A stretch of DNA of 63,275 bases, the filler included, from Chiloscyllium plagiosum (Eukaryota), in NCBI RefSeq assembly GCF_004010195.1. It is 4 parts of 2 records of this genome, joined end to end, with 100 filler letters (N's around TTAATTAATTAA, not from the genome) between each part and the next. Parts side by side here need not be neighbours in the genome. Positions count along the whole stretch, not along the records: positions 31,032 to 55,017 come from NC_057711.1; positions 55,118 to 61,971 come from NC_057711.1; positions 62,072 to 63,275 come from NC_057712.1; 1 more part is not named here. One strand, written 5' to 3'. The position numbers were made by a program, and so were the translations under genes. Below the pieces are notes generated by a model. It had not been told where the DNA came from. It searched no databases and worked only from the letters and a program-made list of their open reading frames with translations. Shown piece by piece: positions 51,247 through 63,275 of this stretch. Position 1 is the stretch's first letter. Every line of letters begins with the position of its first letter.

Positions 51247-53054
51247 GAGTTCTGGCTGAAATGTTAACTCTATTTTTCTCCCCACTGATGCGGCTAGACC
51301 TGCTGAGTTTCTCCTACAATTTATCAGTCACATCACTTCAGTTCATCTCACAATTATTCTTCTAACTATTGTCTATTCTGAATAACATTTGTCACAAGGA
51401 GAAGTCATTTGTAAGTGGCTCTGAATACCTACCTTGGCTATTCAACTTATTCAAGCCCCTCATGATTTTATAAACCGTTATAAGGTCATCCCTCAGCCTC
51501 CTGTTAAGAATATCAGAGCTTGACATATAATGTGGTTGTGTCCTAGTTACCTAAACTATCCCATTGTGTATATATTGAACAAATTGTTAGAAGAATAGTT
51601 GGAATGCCCTGCCTGCAACAGTAATAGACTCGCCAACGTTAGGGGCATTTAATTGGTAATTGGATAAACATATGGATGAAAATGGAATTGTGTAGGATAG
51701 ATGGGCTTCAGATTAGTTCCACAGGCCGGCACAACATCGAGGGCCGAAGGGCCTGTACTACGCTGTAGTGTTCTATATTCTATGTTCTAAGACACCTAGA
51801 AACTGCATTTTTTTTTAACCACAAGTCAAATCTCACAATTCAAAGACCTCATAATAACAAGTTTCATTCACAATCTCCTGGGTGTCACTGGGACAGCAGT
51901 CCATGGGTCAGGAAATTCCTCAGAGCTGTTCTGGTTTCCTATTCTGGAAATGCAATGGAGACCCAATGTAATTACACAGTTGAAGTTTCCACTACAGTTT
52001 TGGCAAAGTTACTCCAACAGAGTAGGGATAACAGTGAGGAATTTCTGGATCATTATCTTTGCTGCACAACTGGGTTCCGCACAAAAAGCTTTTCTGGGTT
52101 TCCTTATCCCCTCAGTTGTTTTCCTTTTTCTCTTGATAGAGATCTCCCTTTTGCAACAGTATATTTCACTTGTCCCAAACTCCCTCTAGTTCCTTGCCCA
52201 AATGGTTATTTTTGACATGTGACTTTGATAGTAGTTTATTTGATTGTAGGTCTGTTATAACAGGGTCCTATTCCGTCCTGACAGTTGTCCACAAGAGTGT
52301 AGTTTTCACTGGTAGCTCGCAGATGAATGATCAGGAACCGGAACACCAATATGTTTTTCGCTTCCCTGACCCTAAAATAGTGAGGTCAATTGTAACCCCC
52401 TTCTTGCTACTGTAACTGATATATTAGCATAGATGGAGGGAATGAAAACCAGAACACCCCTACACTTTCCCAAATGTGTTATACATTGAGTCCAACAGCA
52501 GTAAATAGTATCAAAAGGTGACCAAGAATCATTAATGACTGTTTTCACCAAGGTTTAAAATTGCCAAACAGTCCTTTGAAAATTCCAGTTGCATTTATCT
52601 GCATGACCCCCCTCGAAGCAGTTAGCAGCAGTGCAATAATTTGATAATCTCTAACCAATTTCTATTAATTCTGTGTGAGCAATTACTGTAACTGTCACTG
52701 CTGCAACTGATGTCACTAAAGTTTCACTGAAACCTGGCTTCAATATTTTTCCAGTCTGCGCTAGAGATATGTTATAATTCAATGGTTAAAATTGGTAATG
52801 TCCAAAAATTGCAATATCACAAGTCAGTTTTGTTTATTCTTTATTCATTAATTGTGGTCCTTAAGAAAACATTTATGCTGAGTCACATCAATTTAAGAAA
52901 ACAAAGAATTGTGAATGTTGGAAATCTGAAAGAAAGACAGAAATTTCTGGACAAACTCGGCAGGTCTAGCAACAACTATGGAGAGAATTTAGAGTTAATG
53001 TTTCGGTTCAAGTGACTCTTCTGACTAAAAGAAGTTTCACTGGATCTGAAACGC

Positions 53055-54257
53055 ACATAGAACATAGAACATTAGAGCACAGTATAGGCCCTTCGGCCCT
53101 CGATGTTGCGCCAACCTGTGGAACCAATCTGAAGCCCATCTAACCTACACTATTCCATTTTCATTCATATATTTAACCAATGATAATTTAAATGCCCTTA
53201 AAGTTGGCAGGTCTACTACTGTTGCCAGCAGTATGATCCATGCTCCTACTACTCTCTGATTAATGAAGCTACCTCTGATATCTGTCCTATACCAATTACC
53301 CCTCAATTTAAAGCTATGTCACTTCGTGCTAACCATCACCATCTGAAGAAAAAGGCTCTCACTGTCTACCCTATCTAACCCTCTGATTATATTAAGTCAC
53401 CTCTCAACCTTTTTCTCTCTAACGAAAACAGTATCAAGTCCCTCAGCCTTTCCTCATACAATCTCCCCTCCATACCAGGCAACATCCTAATAAATCTCCT
53501 CTGAACCCTTTCCAAAGTTTCCACATTCTTCCAAAATGTGGTGACCAGAACTGTATGCAATACTCCAAGTGCGGCTGCACCAGGGTTTTGTACAGCTACA
53601 GCATGACCTCATGGCTCCGACACTCAATCCCTCTCCCAATAAAATCTAACAACACCGTATGCCTTCTTAACAACCCTATCAACCATGGTGGCAAGTTTCA
53701 GGGATCTGTGTACACGGACACCGAGATCTATCTGTTCATCTACACTACCAAGAATTTTATCATTAGCCCAGTACTCTGTATTCCTGTTGCTCCTTCCAAA
53801 GTGAATCACCTCACACTTTGCCACATTAAGCTCCATTTGCCACCTCTCAACCCATCTCTGCAGCTTATCTATGTCCGTCTGTAATCTGCAACCTCCTTCA
53901 GCACTATCCACAACTCCACTGACCTTAGTGTCATCCACAATTTTACTAACCCATCCTTCTACACCCTAATCCAGGTAATTTATAAAAATGATAAAAGTGG
54001 CCCCAAAACAGATCCTTGTGGTACACCACTAGTAGCTGAACTCCAGGATGAACATTTCCCATCAACAACCACCCTTTGTCTTCTTTTAGCTAGCAAATTA
54101 CTGATCCAAACCACTAGATCACCCTCAATCCCATGCCTCCGTATTTTGTGCAATAGCCTACCGTGGGGAATCTTATTAAATGCCTTACTGAAACCCATAT
54201 ACACCACATCAACCGCTTTACCCTCATCCACCTGTTTGGTCATCTTCTCAAAGAAAT
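53055..54257 (-). mobile_element. CR1-type LINE ORF2 fragment (second subfamily, (catagaa)n tail)
   Basis: AVDVVYMGFSKAFNKIPHGRL, SGVPQGSVLGP, DDTKVSGVVDS...WQMELNVAKCEVIH. Confidence 0.9.
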
Positions 54258-54619
54258 GTAAACCGTTTGTCTCTCCACGGATGCTGCCAGCCCTGTGGAG
54301 TTGCTCCTGTGATTTCTGAGTCACGTCACTTCAATTCATCTCATCATTATTGTTTTAACTATTGACGATTCTGAATAATTTTTGTAACTTCGAGGAACTA
54401 TTTATTTTTAGCTCTGAATGCCTTAAATATTAGGTTTAACACTATTCATTTATATCAGGCAATTGATACAGAGATTTAATAGTGCTCCTGTTTTTACAGT
54501 TTTAACAACAGGAAGATTGTGAACAAATTGAGGAAGTTGTGTTGAGACTGATTCCATAAACTTCATTTATATGGTTTGAAACTCCATACCAATGACCTCC
54601 TCTGTTAAAATTTGCTATA

Positions 54620-55017
54620 CCATAAGACCATAAGACCATAAGACATAGGAGCGGAAGTAAGGCCATTCGGCCCATCGAGTCCACTCCGCCATTCAATCAT
54701 GGCTGATGGGCATTTCAACTCCACTTACCCGCATTCTCCCCGTAGCCCTTTATTCCTTGTGACATCAAGAATTTAGCAATTTCTGCCTTGAAGTCATTTA
54801 GCGTCCCAGCCTCCACTGCACTCCGCATTTCTGTTCTGAATTGACCCCCTCTAATTCTAAGGCTGTGTCCACGGGTCCTAGTCTCCCCGCCTAACAGAAA
54901 CAATTTCTTAGCGTCCACCCTTTCCAAGCCATGTATTATCTTGTAAGTTTCTATTAGATCTCCCCTTAATCTACTAAACTCCAATGAATACAATCCCAGG
55001 ATCCTCAGCCATTCCTC
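54620..55017 (-). mobile_element. CR1-type LINE 3' end with octamer tail (ccataaga)x3
   Basis: YSLEFSRLRGDLIETYKI...TRGHSLRIRG, plus the tandem 8-mer tail. Confidence 0.88.
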
Positions 55018-55117
55018 NNNNNNNNNNNNNNNNNNNNNNNNNNNNNNNNNNNNNNNNNNNNTTAATTAATTAANNNNNNNNNNNNNNNNNNNNNNNNNNN
55101 NNNNNNNNNNNNNNNNN
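55018..55117. other. Assembly linker N44-TTAATTAATTAA-N44
   Basis: Same 100-bp block as 30932-31031. Confidence 0.95.
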
Positions 55118-55820
55118 TGCTGCCTGACCTGCTGCGCTTTTCCAGCAACACATTTCCAGCTCTGATCTCCAGCATCTGCAGACCTCACTTTCTCCCCATG
55201 CAGTGTTAGTATCCCTCTCTCTGACCCAAGAGGGATTGGATTCAAGTCCCACCTGCTCCAGAGGTGTGTCATGACGTCTCTGAACAGATTGACTAGAAAA
55301 ATACCTGCTGTTGAACTTGGGTACTGGCAGAACAATGTATGTCAGCTTCCTCACCATCTCTTCGTTATGACTGGAAGTGAATGGAAGGAAGCCATGCAGT
55401 ATAACTGTCCTTATAGGGCCAGATGGAATTAAGTAAAAACAGATGGCAGAAGAAAAGCTTTTTAAAATGTGAATATTGAAAAAGGTTGTGTTCGATGTTG
55501 TTCTTATAAGTTTGGTTAGATGTTGTTTTGTTTAAAATGGCAACATGGAAGTTGTTATAACAGTGCATTCATTCGCCCAAGATCCAACCTCTAACTGTCA
55601 AGGCAAGAAAGTTATATTAGTTTGTAGCACACCTTTGTAGTTGGTGCACATGTTCAGTGGAAGCCTGGGACAGGGCTTTTTAAGACCTTATCATAAAATT
55701 TGTAATTTTATTTGTTTACTTTGGTGGTAATGTTCTTTGTAAATGTTTGTAGTTCTTGCTCTTTTTCCCTATAATTTTCGGTGGGTGAAACAATATTTTG
55801 GATTCTGTAATCAGTGTGCT

Positions 55821-56083
55821 GGGTGGTTCGCGCTCAGTGGTTAGCGCTGCTGCCTCACCACGCCAGGTTTGATTCCAACCTTGGGTGACTGTATCTGTGT
55901 GGGTTTCCACTGGGTGCTGTGGTTTCCTCCCAGATGTGCAGATTTGTTGGACTGGCAATGCTAAATTGTCCACAGTGTCCAGGGATGTGCAGGCGAACTG
56001 GATTAGCTGTGGAAAATGTAGGGATAGGTTAGGGGCTGGGTTGGATGAGGTGGTTCTTGCAGTCTCAATGGGCTGAACAGCCT
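55821..56083 (+). mobile_element. V-SINE, degraded
   Basis: gctcagtggttagcgctgctgcctcac...ggtttgattcc...gtgggtttccactgggtgctgtggtttcctccc. Confidence 0.75.
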
Positions 56084-56931
56084 TTTACCTCGAAGCTCAA
56101 TGTGTTTGATTCAGTGTAGGGTATCAAAATATAAAATCTACAAACTATTTATTAAGGTTCCAGTTTCTTTTGCATACAACTAAATATTTTAAATTGTGAT
56201 TTGTTGTTCACTTGAATATTTACAGTATAAAACTGCTAATTTGTAAGTTAGGCTGTTTGATATTAGGAATCTGTATTAAATGTATTCGCAAAGAGCAATG
56301 AAAATAAGTTTCATTAGAACTGTCCACTTAAGTTTGGATTTATCAGAGGCTCCAATATTGCCACCTTTCTGTGAAATGGTTCATTTCAAAACAGCTTATT
56401 TTCCTTCAGGAGTGCCAGTCCCTAGGATATTCGCTTTCAATAAATTTGATGTTTTTTAGATGCAATAGCATGAAATGAATTTCGACATCCCATTTCTTTC
56501 AGTTTTTTACATTCTGCTACAACTTGACATCAAAGACCACCAAGGACTGTGTAGAATGCAAATGTTCCCCGACACACACTTTGTTGTATCAGGTGTGTGT
56601 CTACCTGTGGTTTCATATATTGCACACTGCTGCAATTCAACGAAACTTGAATGTTATACATATTTTATGCATAATTTAGTTTTAAATGTGAAAACTAATG
56701 CCATCTAAACTGTTTTAGAGAATATGGCAGCTACATAGCAGTTCTGGATTTGATATTTGATGAGAATTTAGCTGCATTTTTTAAAGAAACGTAAGGTTTT
56801 GTCAAATGTGGCAATTTCAAGCTGCTAAAGCTGATATAAGCTGCAAATTAAGTCTTGCCTTCAGCTTTAAGGTTGCCTTAAATCTCTTATGAAAGTACTC
56901 TGTCAATTTCAATTTTTTTTTCCATTCCCAG

Positions 56932-56967
56932 GACCAATCTGACATCAGTGGAAGCGAAGATGAATGA
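56932..56967 (+). CDS. Candidate terminal coding exon of an unidentified gene (DQSDISGSEDE*)
   Basis: Strong pyrimidine tract ending ...tccattcccag, a short acidic peptide ending in TGA, then repeat-free AT-rich sequence with AATAAA at 57154, 57495 and 58272. Confidence 0.3.
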   Translation, partial: DQSDISGSEDE

Positions 56968-59900
56968 TTTAATTTTTTTTAAATGTGAATTGCTTCATGG
57001 ACAAGTCTTTGTTTCAGTAACTTTATCAACTGTTTTGTTGCACAACTATCCATAATTCCTCCTTCCCTTTACCCTTGCCCAGCTTGCCCTTTATCTGAGA
57101 AGTAAATCTGTTAGTAGAACAGTATAATCTTTAGTTTATGTAGGCATGACCGCAATAAAATAATTTCCTAAGTATACATCTGTTTGCGTCATCATATATT
57201 TGCTTTATGCTTGTTAATTGAATTTAAATGCTTTTGAATTGTATCAGTTTCTATATACATTAAAACATGCCATAGCTTTTTCTTGTGTTCCTGAAGGTCA
57301 GTGTCACCACAGCTTTAAATCCTGACATATCATTTCAAGTGGAAAATTTGTATCATTATGCACATCCCTTTTTAGTTTGTTTTGTTTTGAAAATATTGTT
57401 TTGCAACCAGTGCTGGTAATAAGCTTTTCCTTAAGTGTACTTAATTCTTGCTTTCTTTGCACAATGTCTTTGGTGTATCTGATTGCCCAAGGCAAATAAA
57501 ATCGAATTCAGTTGTAAAGAGTGAACGTTTTTTGTCTGTGTTTATTTAAGCACTAATTAAGAATTTAGCAAGATTGGGATATTTCTTGGGGAATCCTGAA
57601 ATGTTATTTATATTGCCACAATTGAGGTCAGGCTACTTAAAGGCCATTTCATGAAAGAATTGTAAAACTGTGTTTTGTGATTTGTGAATTACTTTTAAAC
57701 CTTGTGTAAGAAACGCACAGATTAGAGTACTGTGTGGCAAGTTGATTTGAAGTGTTTGGAAATTAATAGCAATTCAACCACATTCTGTCATCTGAATAGC
57801 TTTGTGGTGGTCCACTTTATGGGCGATGATGAAATATCATGTTTTCTTAAACATGATTTTCATGGAATATTTTCAGTTATAGGAAACAACTCTGGTCTTA
57901 AGCTGTTTATTGATGCTTGTACTTAAGATGTTGAAATGTGTTGATGCCACTTCCAGATGCTGAACAAGCTTATTGTGAGCAAAATAATCGAGCAGACGAC
58001 TTTCCACTTGAACTCAAAGACTCTCTTTCATAAAATACAAGCTTCTTTTGACCGTTACTTAGGAAGAAATCCCAGAGGTGCTAAAATTACATGTAGCTTG
58101 ATTGCATGAGGGGTGATGGTTCATTATTGGGATTTTAAAAAATAATTTCATTTCAATTTGTGATTATAATTTCAATTGGTAATTGATTTCCTTGTATTTC
58201 ATCATAACTGTAATTGCTTGTGAAAGTTTGATCTATCAATATGTCAGAGAAAACTGTATTTTAAACTTGCCAATAAAAATTGATAAATGCACAGAATTTT
58301 ATGTCATTTCTTTAAAATGTTTTTTTCATTTTGAACTGGTTAGTGTTATAGCATTAATTTTAAACATTCCGGTGTCAAGTTATTTTCTACATGTACATTA
58401 TTTTGAGAATTTGAAGCTGGATGAAATCTTAGCTTCATTGGTGGCGTCAGGGTCTGGCTTTAAGTATGATGGGGAACTGACTTTCATGGTTGTGGTAAAT
58501 ATCTGCTTTTGAAGTTAGGCAGCATTTGACCAAGTACAGCATCAAGTAGAGCTGAAATTAATGGATATCGGGGCAAGTCTTTCCATTAGCTGGGCTCATC
58601 TTGTAAGGTTGATTGGTCAATAATTTCAACCTGGGGACATCACTGGAAGACTCCCGCAAGGCAGCACCTACTTAACTGTCTTCAGCTATTTTAACAATGA
58701 CTTTCCCATCATTATAAGGTGAGGATGGTTTGCTGATGTATTTCGATTCCATTAACAGTTCACCAGATAACGAAACAGCCCATGGCTGCAAGCAGCAAGA
58801 TCTGGGCTCCATATGTATATTGTCTTCTAAGTGACACATGAGTAGCAGGATAAATGTATCTCCAATAAGAGTATAAGCATGTCCTAACATTCTTGTGGCA
58901 CAGTGGTAGTGTCCCTACCTCTGAGCCAGGATGCCTGGGCTAAAATCCCATCTGCTCTAGAAGTTGCAATAACATCTTTGAACAGGTTGATTCAAAAATA
59001 TCTAGAAGTTAATTTTAGAAGGGAGAACAAAAGAACAGTATTTATCTAAATGGAGAAAGACTGCAGAGAGCTGCAAAAGAAGGGGACTTGGGGTCACAAA
59101 ACCTGGATAGTGCACAGGTGCAACAGGTTATCAGGAAGGCTTAATGGAATGTTCGCCCTTATTTCAAAGGGGTTGGAGTGTGAGAGTAGAGAAGTCTTAC
59201 CAGTGAGACCACATCTGGAGTACTGAAAGCAGCTCTGGTTCCCATTTATTTAAGGAAAAATATCATTTTGTTGGAGGCAATTCAGAGAAGGTTCACTAGG
59301 ATGATCCCTGGTTTGGAGAGATTGTCTATGAGCAAAGATTAACCAGATTGAGACTACTCACTGGAGATTAGAGGAAATGAGAGATGAGTGTAGTGGACAG
59401 TGAGAAGGATTCCTCAGAGTATAACAGGATCTTGATCAGCTGGGCCAATGAGCTGAGGAGTAGCAGTTGGAGTTTAATTTAGACAAATATGGGGTGCTGT
59501 GTTTCGGAAAGGCAAATCAGGGCTGGACCTATACACTTAATGATAAGGTCCTGGGGAGTGTTGCTGAACAGAGAGACCTTGGAGTGCAGTTTCATATTTC
59601 CCTGAAAGTGGAATTACAGATAGGATAGTGAAGAAGGTGTTTGGTATGCTTGCCCCTTTTGGTCATTATAGGAGGTCTTGTTGCAGCTGTACAGGACATT
59701 GGTTAGCCCACTATTGGAATACTGCACTCCATTCTGGTCTCCCTGCTAAATGAAGGATGTTGTGAAACTTGAAAGGGTTCTGAAAAGATTCACAAAAATG
59801 TTGCCAGGGTTGGAGAGTTTAACCTCTGGGAGTAGCTGAATAGGCTGGGGCTGTTTTCCTTGGAGCGTTGGAGGCGGAGAGATGACTTTATAGAGGTTTA

Positions 59901-59981
59901 TAAAATCATGAGGGGCACGGATAGGGTAAATAGATGAGGTCTCTTCCCTGGGGTGCGGGAGTCGGTAACTTTTGGGCATAG

Positions 59982-60436
59982 TTGTTGTGGTTCTGTTCGC
60001 CGAGTTGGAAATTTTTGTTGCAAACGTTTCGTCCCCTGTCTAGGTGACATCCTCAGAGCTTGGGAGCCTCCTGTGAAGCGCTTCTGTGGTGTTTCCTCCG
60101 GCATTTATAGTGGCCTGTCCCTGCCGCTTCCGGTTGTCAGTTTCAGCTGTCTGCTGTAGTGGCCGGTATATTGGGTCCAGGTCGATGTGTTTGTTGATGG
60201 AGTTTGTGGATGAGTTCCATGCTTCTAGGAATTCCCTGACTGTTCTTTGTTTGGCTTGCCCTATAATGGTAGTGTTGTCCCAGTCGAATTCATGTTGCTT
60301 GTCGTCTGCGTGTGTGGCTACTAAGGATAGCTGGTCGTGGCGTTTCGTGGCAAGTTGATGTTCATGGATGCGGATCGTTAGCTGTCTTCCTGTTTGTCCT
60401 ATATAGTGTTTTGTGCAGTCCTTGCATGGGATTTTG
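59982..60436 (-). mobile_element. Penelope-like element 3' end (family D): GIY-YIG endonuclease and terminal repeat
   Basis: 60435-60040 is open for 131 codons: KIPCKDCTKHYIGQTGRQLTIRIHEH...HEFDWDNTTII...REFLEAW...SINKHIDLDPIY...*. Confidence 0.9.
60020..60059 (-). ncRNA. Minimal hammerhead motif, family D
   Basis: GCT-CTGAGGA-T-GTCaCCT agac AGGgGAC-GAAA-CG-TT-TGC. Core intact, one mismatch each in stems I and II. Confidence 0.6.
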
Positions 60437-60974
60437 TGGGCACAGGTTTAGGGTGAGAGGGGAAACTTTTAAAGGAATCGAAGGGGCACCGTTTTCACAC
60501 AGGGGGTGGTGTGTGTATGGAATGAACTGCCAGAGGTGGTGGTGGAGGTTGGTATAATTACAACATTTACAAGGCATCTGGATGGGTATAGGAATTGGAA
60601 AGGTTTAGAGGGAAATGGGCCAGGTGCTGGCAAATGGGACTAGATTATTAATTTAGGATATCTGGTCAACATGGACAAGTTGGACCAAAGGGTCTGTTTC
60701 CGTGCTCTACATCTCTATGACTCTATCTCATTGAAACATACAGAATTCTTAAGGGGATTAACAAGGTGAATGCTGGAGGATGTTACTTTTTATGGGAGAG
60801 TCTCGGACCAGACAGCATAGTTTTAAATTATCATCACTTTATTCTGAGACTTAGAGGAGTAAGAATTTGTTTTCTCAAGTTTGAGTATCTTTGGAACTCC
60901 TTGCCGCAGAGTCCTTGTGGCTGTTTAAGGTTCAGGTTGATTCTTTGATCAGTGGGTCCATCCTCTCATTCCTA

Positions 60975-61560
60975 TTGGGATTAAGTTCCATCTGCTGTCG
61001 CTATGCCCAATTTACTAGCTGCTTAATATCAGACTATACCCTGTGACCATTCTCCTCACAATCAACAACAACACCAATTTTTGTGCTATCTGCAGACTTG
61101 CTAATTAAACCTTCTCTACTCACATCCAAGTCATTAAAGTACATAACAAACAGCAAGGGACTCAGCACTATTACCCTTTGCCTACTGACTGCAAGCCAAT
61201 TTTGGGTCCAGTTTGCCAACTTGCCTGGGATCCCATGGGCTCTTACATTTTGCACCAGCCTTCCATGTGGGACCTTTGTCAAATGTCTTCCTGGAGTCCA
61301 CGTAAACCACATCAGCTGCACTACGCTCATCAATATATTTAGTCACCTTTTCAATATTTCTCATATTAGATAAGATCTCCATCTCACCGATCTGTGCTGA
61401 CTATCCTTGATCAATTTTTCTAAGTATTGATTAATCCTATCCTTTGGAACTTGTTCCAACAATTTCTCCAGCATTAATGTCAGACTATCTGATCTGTATT
61501 TACGTGGCCTCACCCTGCCCTTTATTTAACAAAGTAACCACATTAGCTATTCTCCGATCA
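60975..61560 (-). mobile_element. Degraded CR1 RT fragment
   Basis: ADVVYVDSRKTFDK/VPHGRLVQ...LSPLLFVMYFNDLD...ISKSADSTKIG. Confidence 0.8.
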
Positions 61561-61669
61561 AGTCTCTTGATAAAATATAAGCCATAGCTATTAATTTAAC
61601 CTGGCGCAGTGTTTGTAGAAGAATAAGACGGTGTTTTTTTCTGTGTCTGTAGATTAAGAAAGAGCAAAA

Positions 61670-61971
61670 ATGGCCTTTGCAGTGATATGCACTTCTTGTC
61701 AGATGTGGGAGTTTGAAGAGAGTTTAAGGGTTACTGCGGATTATATCTGCCATAAATGCTGTTGAATGCGAATCTTATCAGATCAAGTGGATCGGTTGGA
61801 GAGACAGATAAATTCCTCGTCGCTTCTGCAACAGCAACAGTACATGATAGATGGCAGTTATAGGAAGGGGGGAATGTCTCAGATACAGTCACATAGATGG
61901 GTTAACTCCCGGAAGGGTAAGAGAGGTAGGCAGCTAGTGCAGGAGTCTTTTGTGGATATACCCATTTCAAA
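61670..61971 (+). mobile_element. CR1 ORF1 N-terminus (Zn-finger/zipper) with an internal stop
   Basis: MAFAVICTSCQMWEFEESLRVTADYICHKCC*MRILSDQVDRLERQI, homologous in pattern to the ORF1 starting at 31746. Confidence 0.75.
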
Positions 61972-62071
61972 NNNNNNNNNNNNNNNNNNNNNNNNNNNNN
62001 NNNNNNNNNNNNNNNTTAATTAATTAANNNNNNNNNNNNNNNNNNNNNNNNNNNNNNNNNNNNNNNNNNNN
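61972..62071. other. Assembly linker N44-TTAATTAATTAA-N44
   Basis: Same 100-bp block as the other two linkers. Confidence 0.95.
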
Positions 62072-63275
62072 TATCCAACAAAGAGACAGGCATAGCTGGG
62101 GCCCATACGTGTGCCCATGGCTACTCCTTTGGTTTGGAGGAAGTGGGAGGATTCAAAGGAGAAATTGTTAAGGGTGAGGACCGGTTCGGCCAAACGAATG
62201 AGAGTGTCGGTGGAAGGGTACTGTTGGGGACGTCTGGAGAGGAAAAAACTGAGGGCTTGGAGGCCCTGGTCATGGCGGATGGAGGTGTAGAGGGATTGGA
62301 TATCCATGGTGAAGATGAGGCGTTGGGGGCCGGGGAAACGGAAGTCTTGGAGGAGGTGGAGGGCGTGGGTGGTGTCTCGAACGGATGTGGGGAGTTCTTG
62401 GACTAGGGGGGATAGGACGGTGTCGAGGTAGGTAGAGATATGTTCAGTGGGGCAGGAGCATGTTGAGACAATGGGTCAGCCAGGGTGGTCAGGCTTGTGG
62501 ATCTTGGGAAGGAGGTAGAACCGGGCAGTGTGGGGTTCCTGGACTATGAGGTTGGAAGCTGTGGGTGGGAGATCTCCTGAGGTGATGAGTTTCTGTATGG
62601 TCTGGGAGATGATGGTTTGGAGATGGGGGGTGGGGTCATGGTCGAGGGGGCAGTAGGAAGAGGTGTTCTCAAGTTGACGTTTGGCTTCAGCGGTGTAGAG
62701 GTCAGTGCGCCAGACTACCACTGCGCCCTCTTTGTCCGCTGGCTTGATGGTGTGGTTGGGATTGGAGCAGAGGGATTGGAGGGCTGCACGTTGTGAGGGT
62801 GAGAGGTTGGAGTGGGGGATGGAGGTAGACACGTTGAGGCGGTTAATGTCCCGGCGGCAGTTGGAAATGAAGAGGTCGAGTGCAGGTAATAGGCCAGCGC
62901 GGGGTGTCCAGGTGGATGCAGTGTGTTGGAGGTGGGCAAAGGGGTCCTCGGAAGGTGGGCGGGAGTCCTGATTATGAAAGTAAGCTCGGAGACGGAGGCG
63001 ACGGAAGAATTGTTCGACGTCACGGTGTGTATTAAATTCATTGATGCGTGGACGGAGGGGGATGAAGGTGAGTCCTTTGCTGAGGACTGATCTTTGTTCT
63101 CAGTGAGGGGAAGGTCTGGAGGGATGGTGAAAACTCGGCAGGGCTGGGAGCTCGGATCTGGTGTGGGTGTAGAGCTGGGAGTGGGGGCGGAACTTGTAAC
63201 TGGAGTGGATGTGATGGTGGGGGGAATGGGGGTGGAGTCATGAGCAGGGGTAGTGTTTCCCTCAGGGTTCTGGGG
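62072..63275 (-). mobile_element. Penelope-like element RT region (disrupted)
   Basis: TIKPADKEGAVVVW, FYLLPKIHKPDHPG, MDIQSLYTSI, QTKGVAMGTRMGPSYACLFVG. Confidence 0.9.

Larger units (their letters stand above)
59391..60726 (+). mobile_element. CR1-type LINE 3' part, interrupted by a PLE
   Basis: ORF2 C-terminal sequence, homologous to 1487-2090, lies on both sides of 59982-60436. It is itself flanked by older LINE sequence (about 59000-59390 and 60727-60950). Confidence 0.85.

Noticed and set aside
54500..54558. Acceptor-like tttttacag followed by QQEDCEQIEEVVLRLIP*
   Set aside because: It does not resemble the expected TB4 exon (DNRVGNC...) and all frames stop quickly.

Overview
This is eukaryotic, repeat-rich vertebrate DNA, most likely from a shark or other cartilaginous fish (inferred from HE1/V-SINE-type SINEs, CR1 LINEs and Penelope-like elements). 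The only confidently recognised host gene is a fibrillin, best matching FBN2: eight phase-1 cbEGF exons on the + strand (34739-50667; cbEGF15-22 in FBN1 numbering, 993 nt). The neighbouring exons (cbEGF14, TB4) were not found. Most of the rest is transposon debris: CR1/L2 LINEs, tRNA-derived V-SINEs, Gypsy LTR pieces, Tx1 and RTE fragments, and many Penelope-like element (PLE) pieces. The strongest signal not explained by the ORF track is a set of minimal type-I hammerhead ribozyme motifs in at least three unrelated repeat families, arranged in tandem, as head-to-head palindromes, and overlapping a GIY-YIG stop codon. PLE hammerheads are a known class, so I do not claim a new system, only testable specific configurations. 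Three 100-bp N44-TTAATTAATTAA-N44 blocks are assembly linkers, so contiguity across them is unproven. All calls were made by eye and repeat boundaries are approximate.
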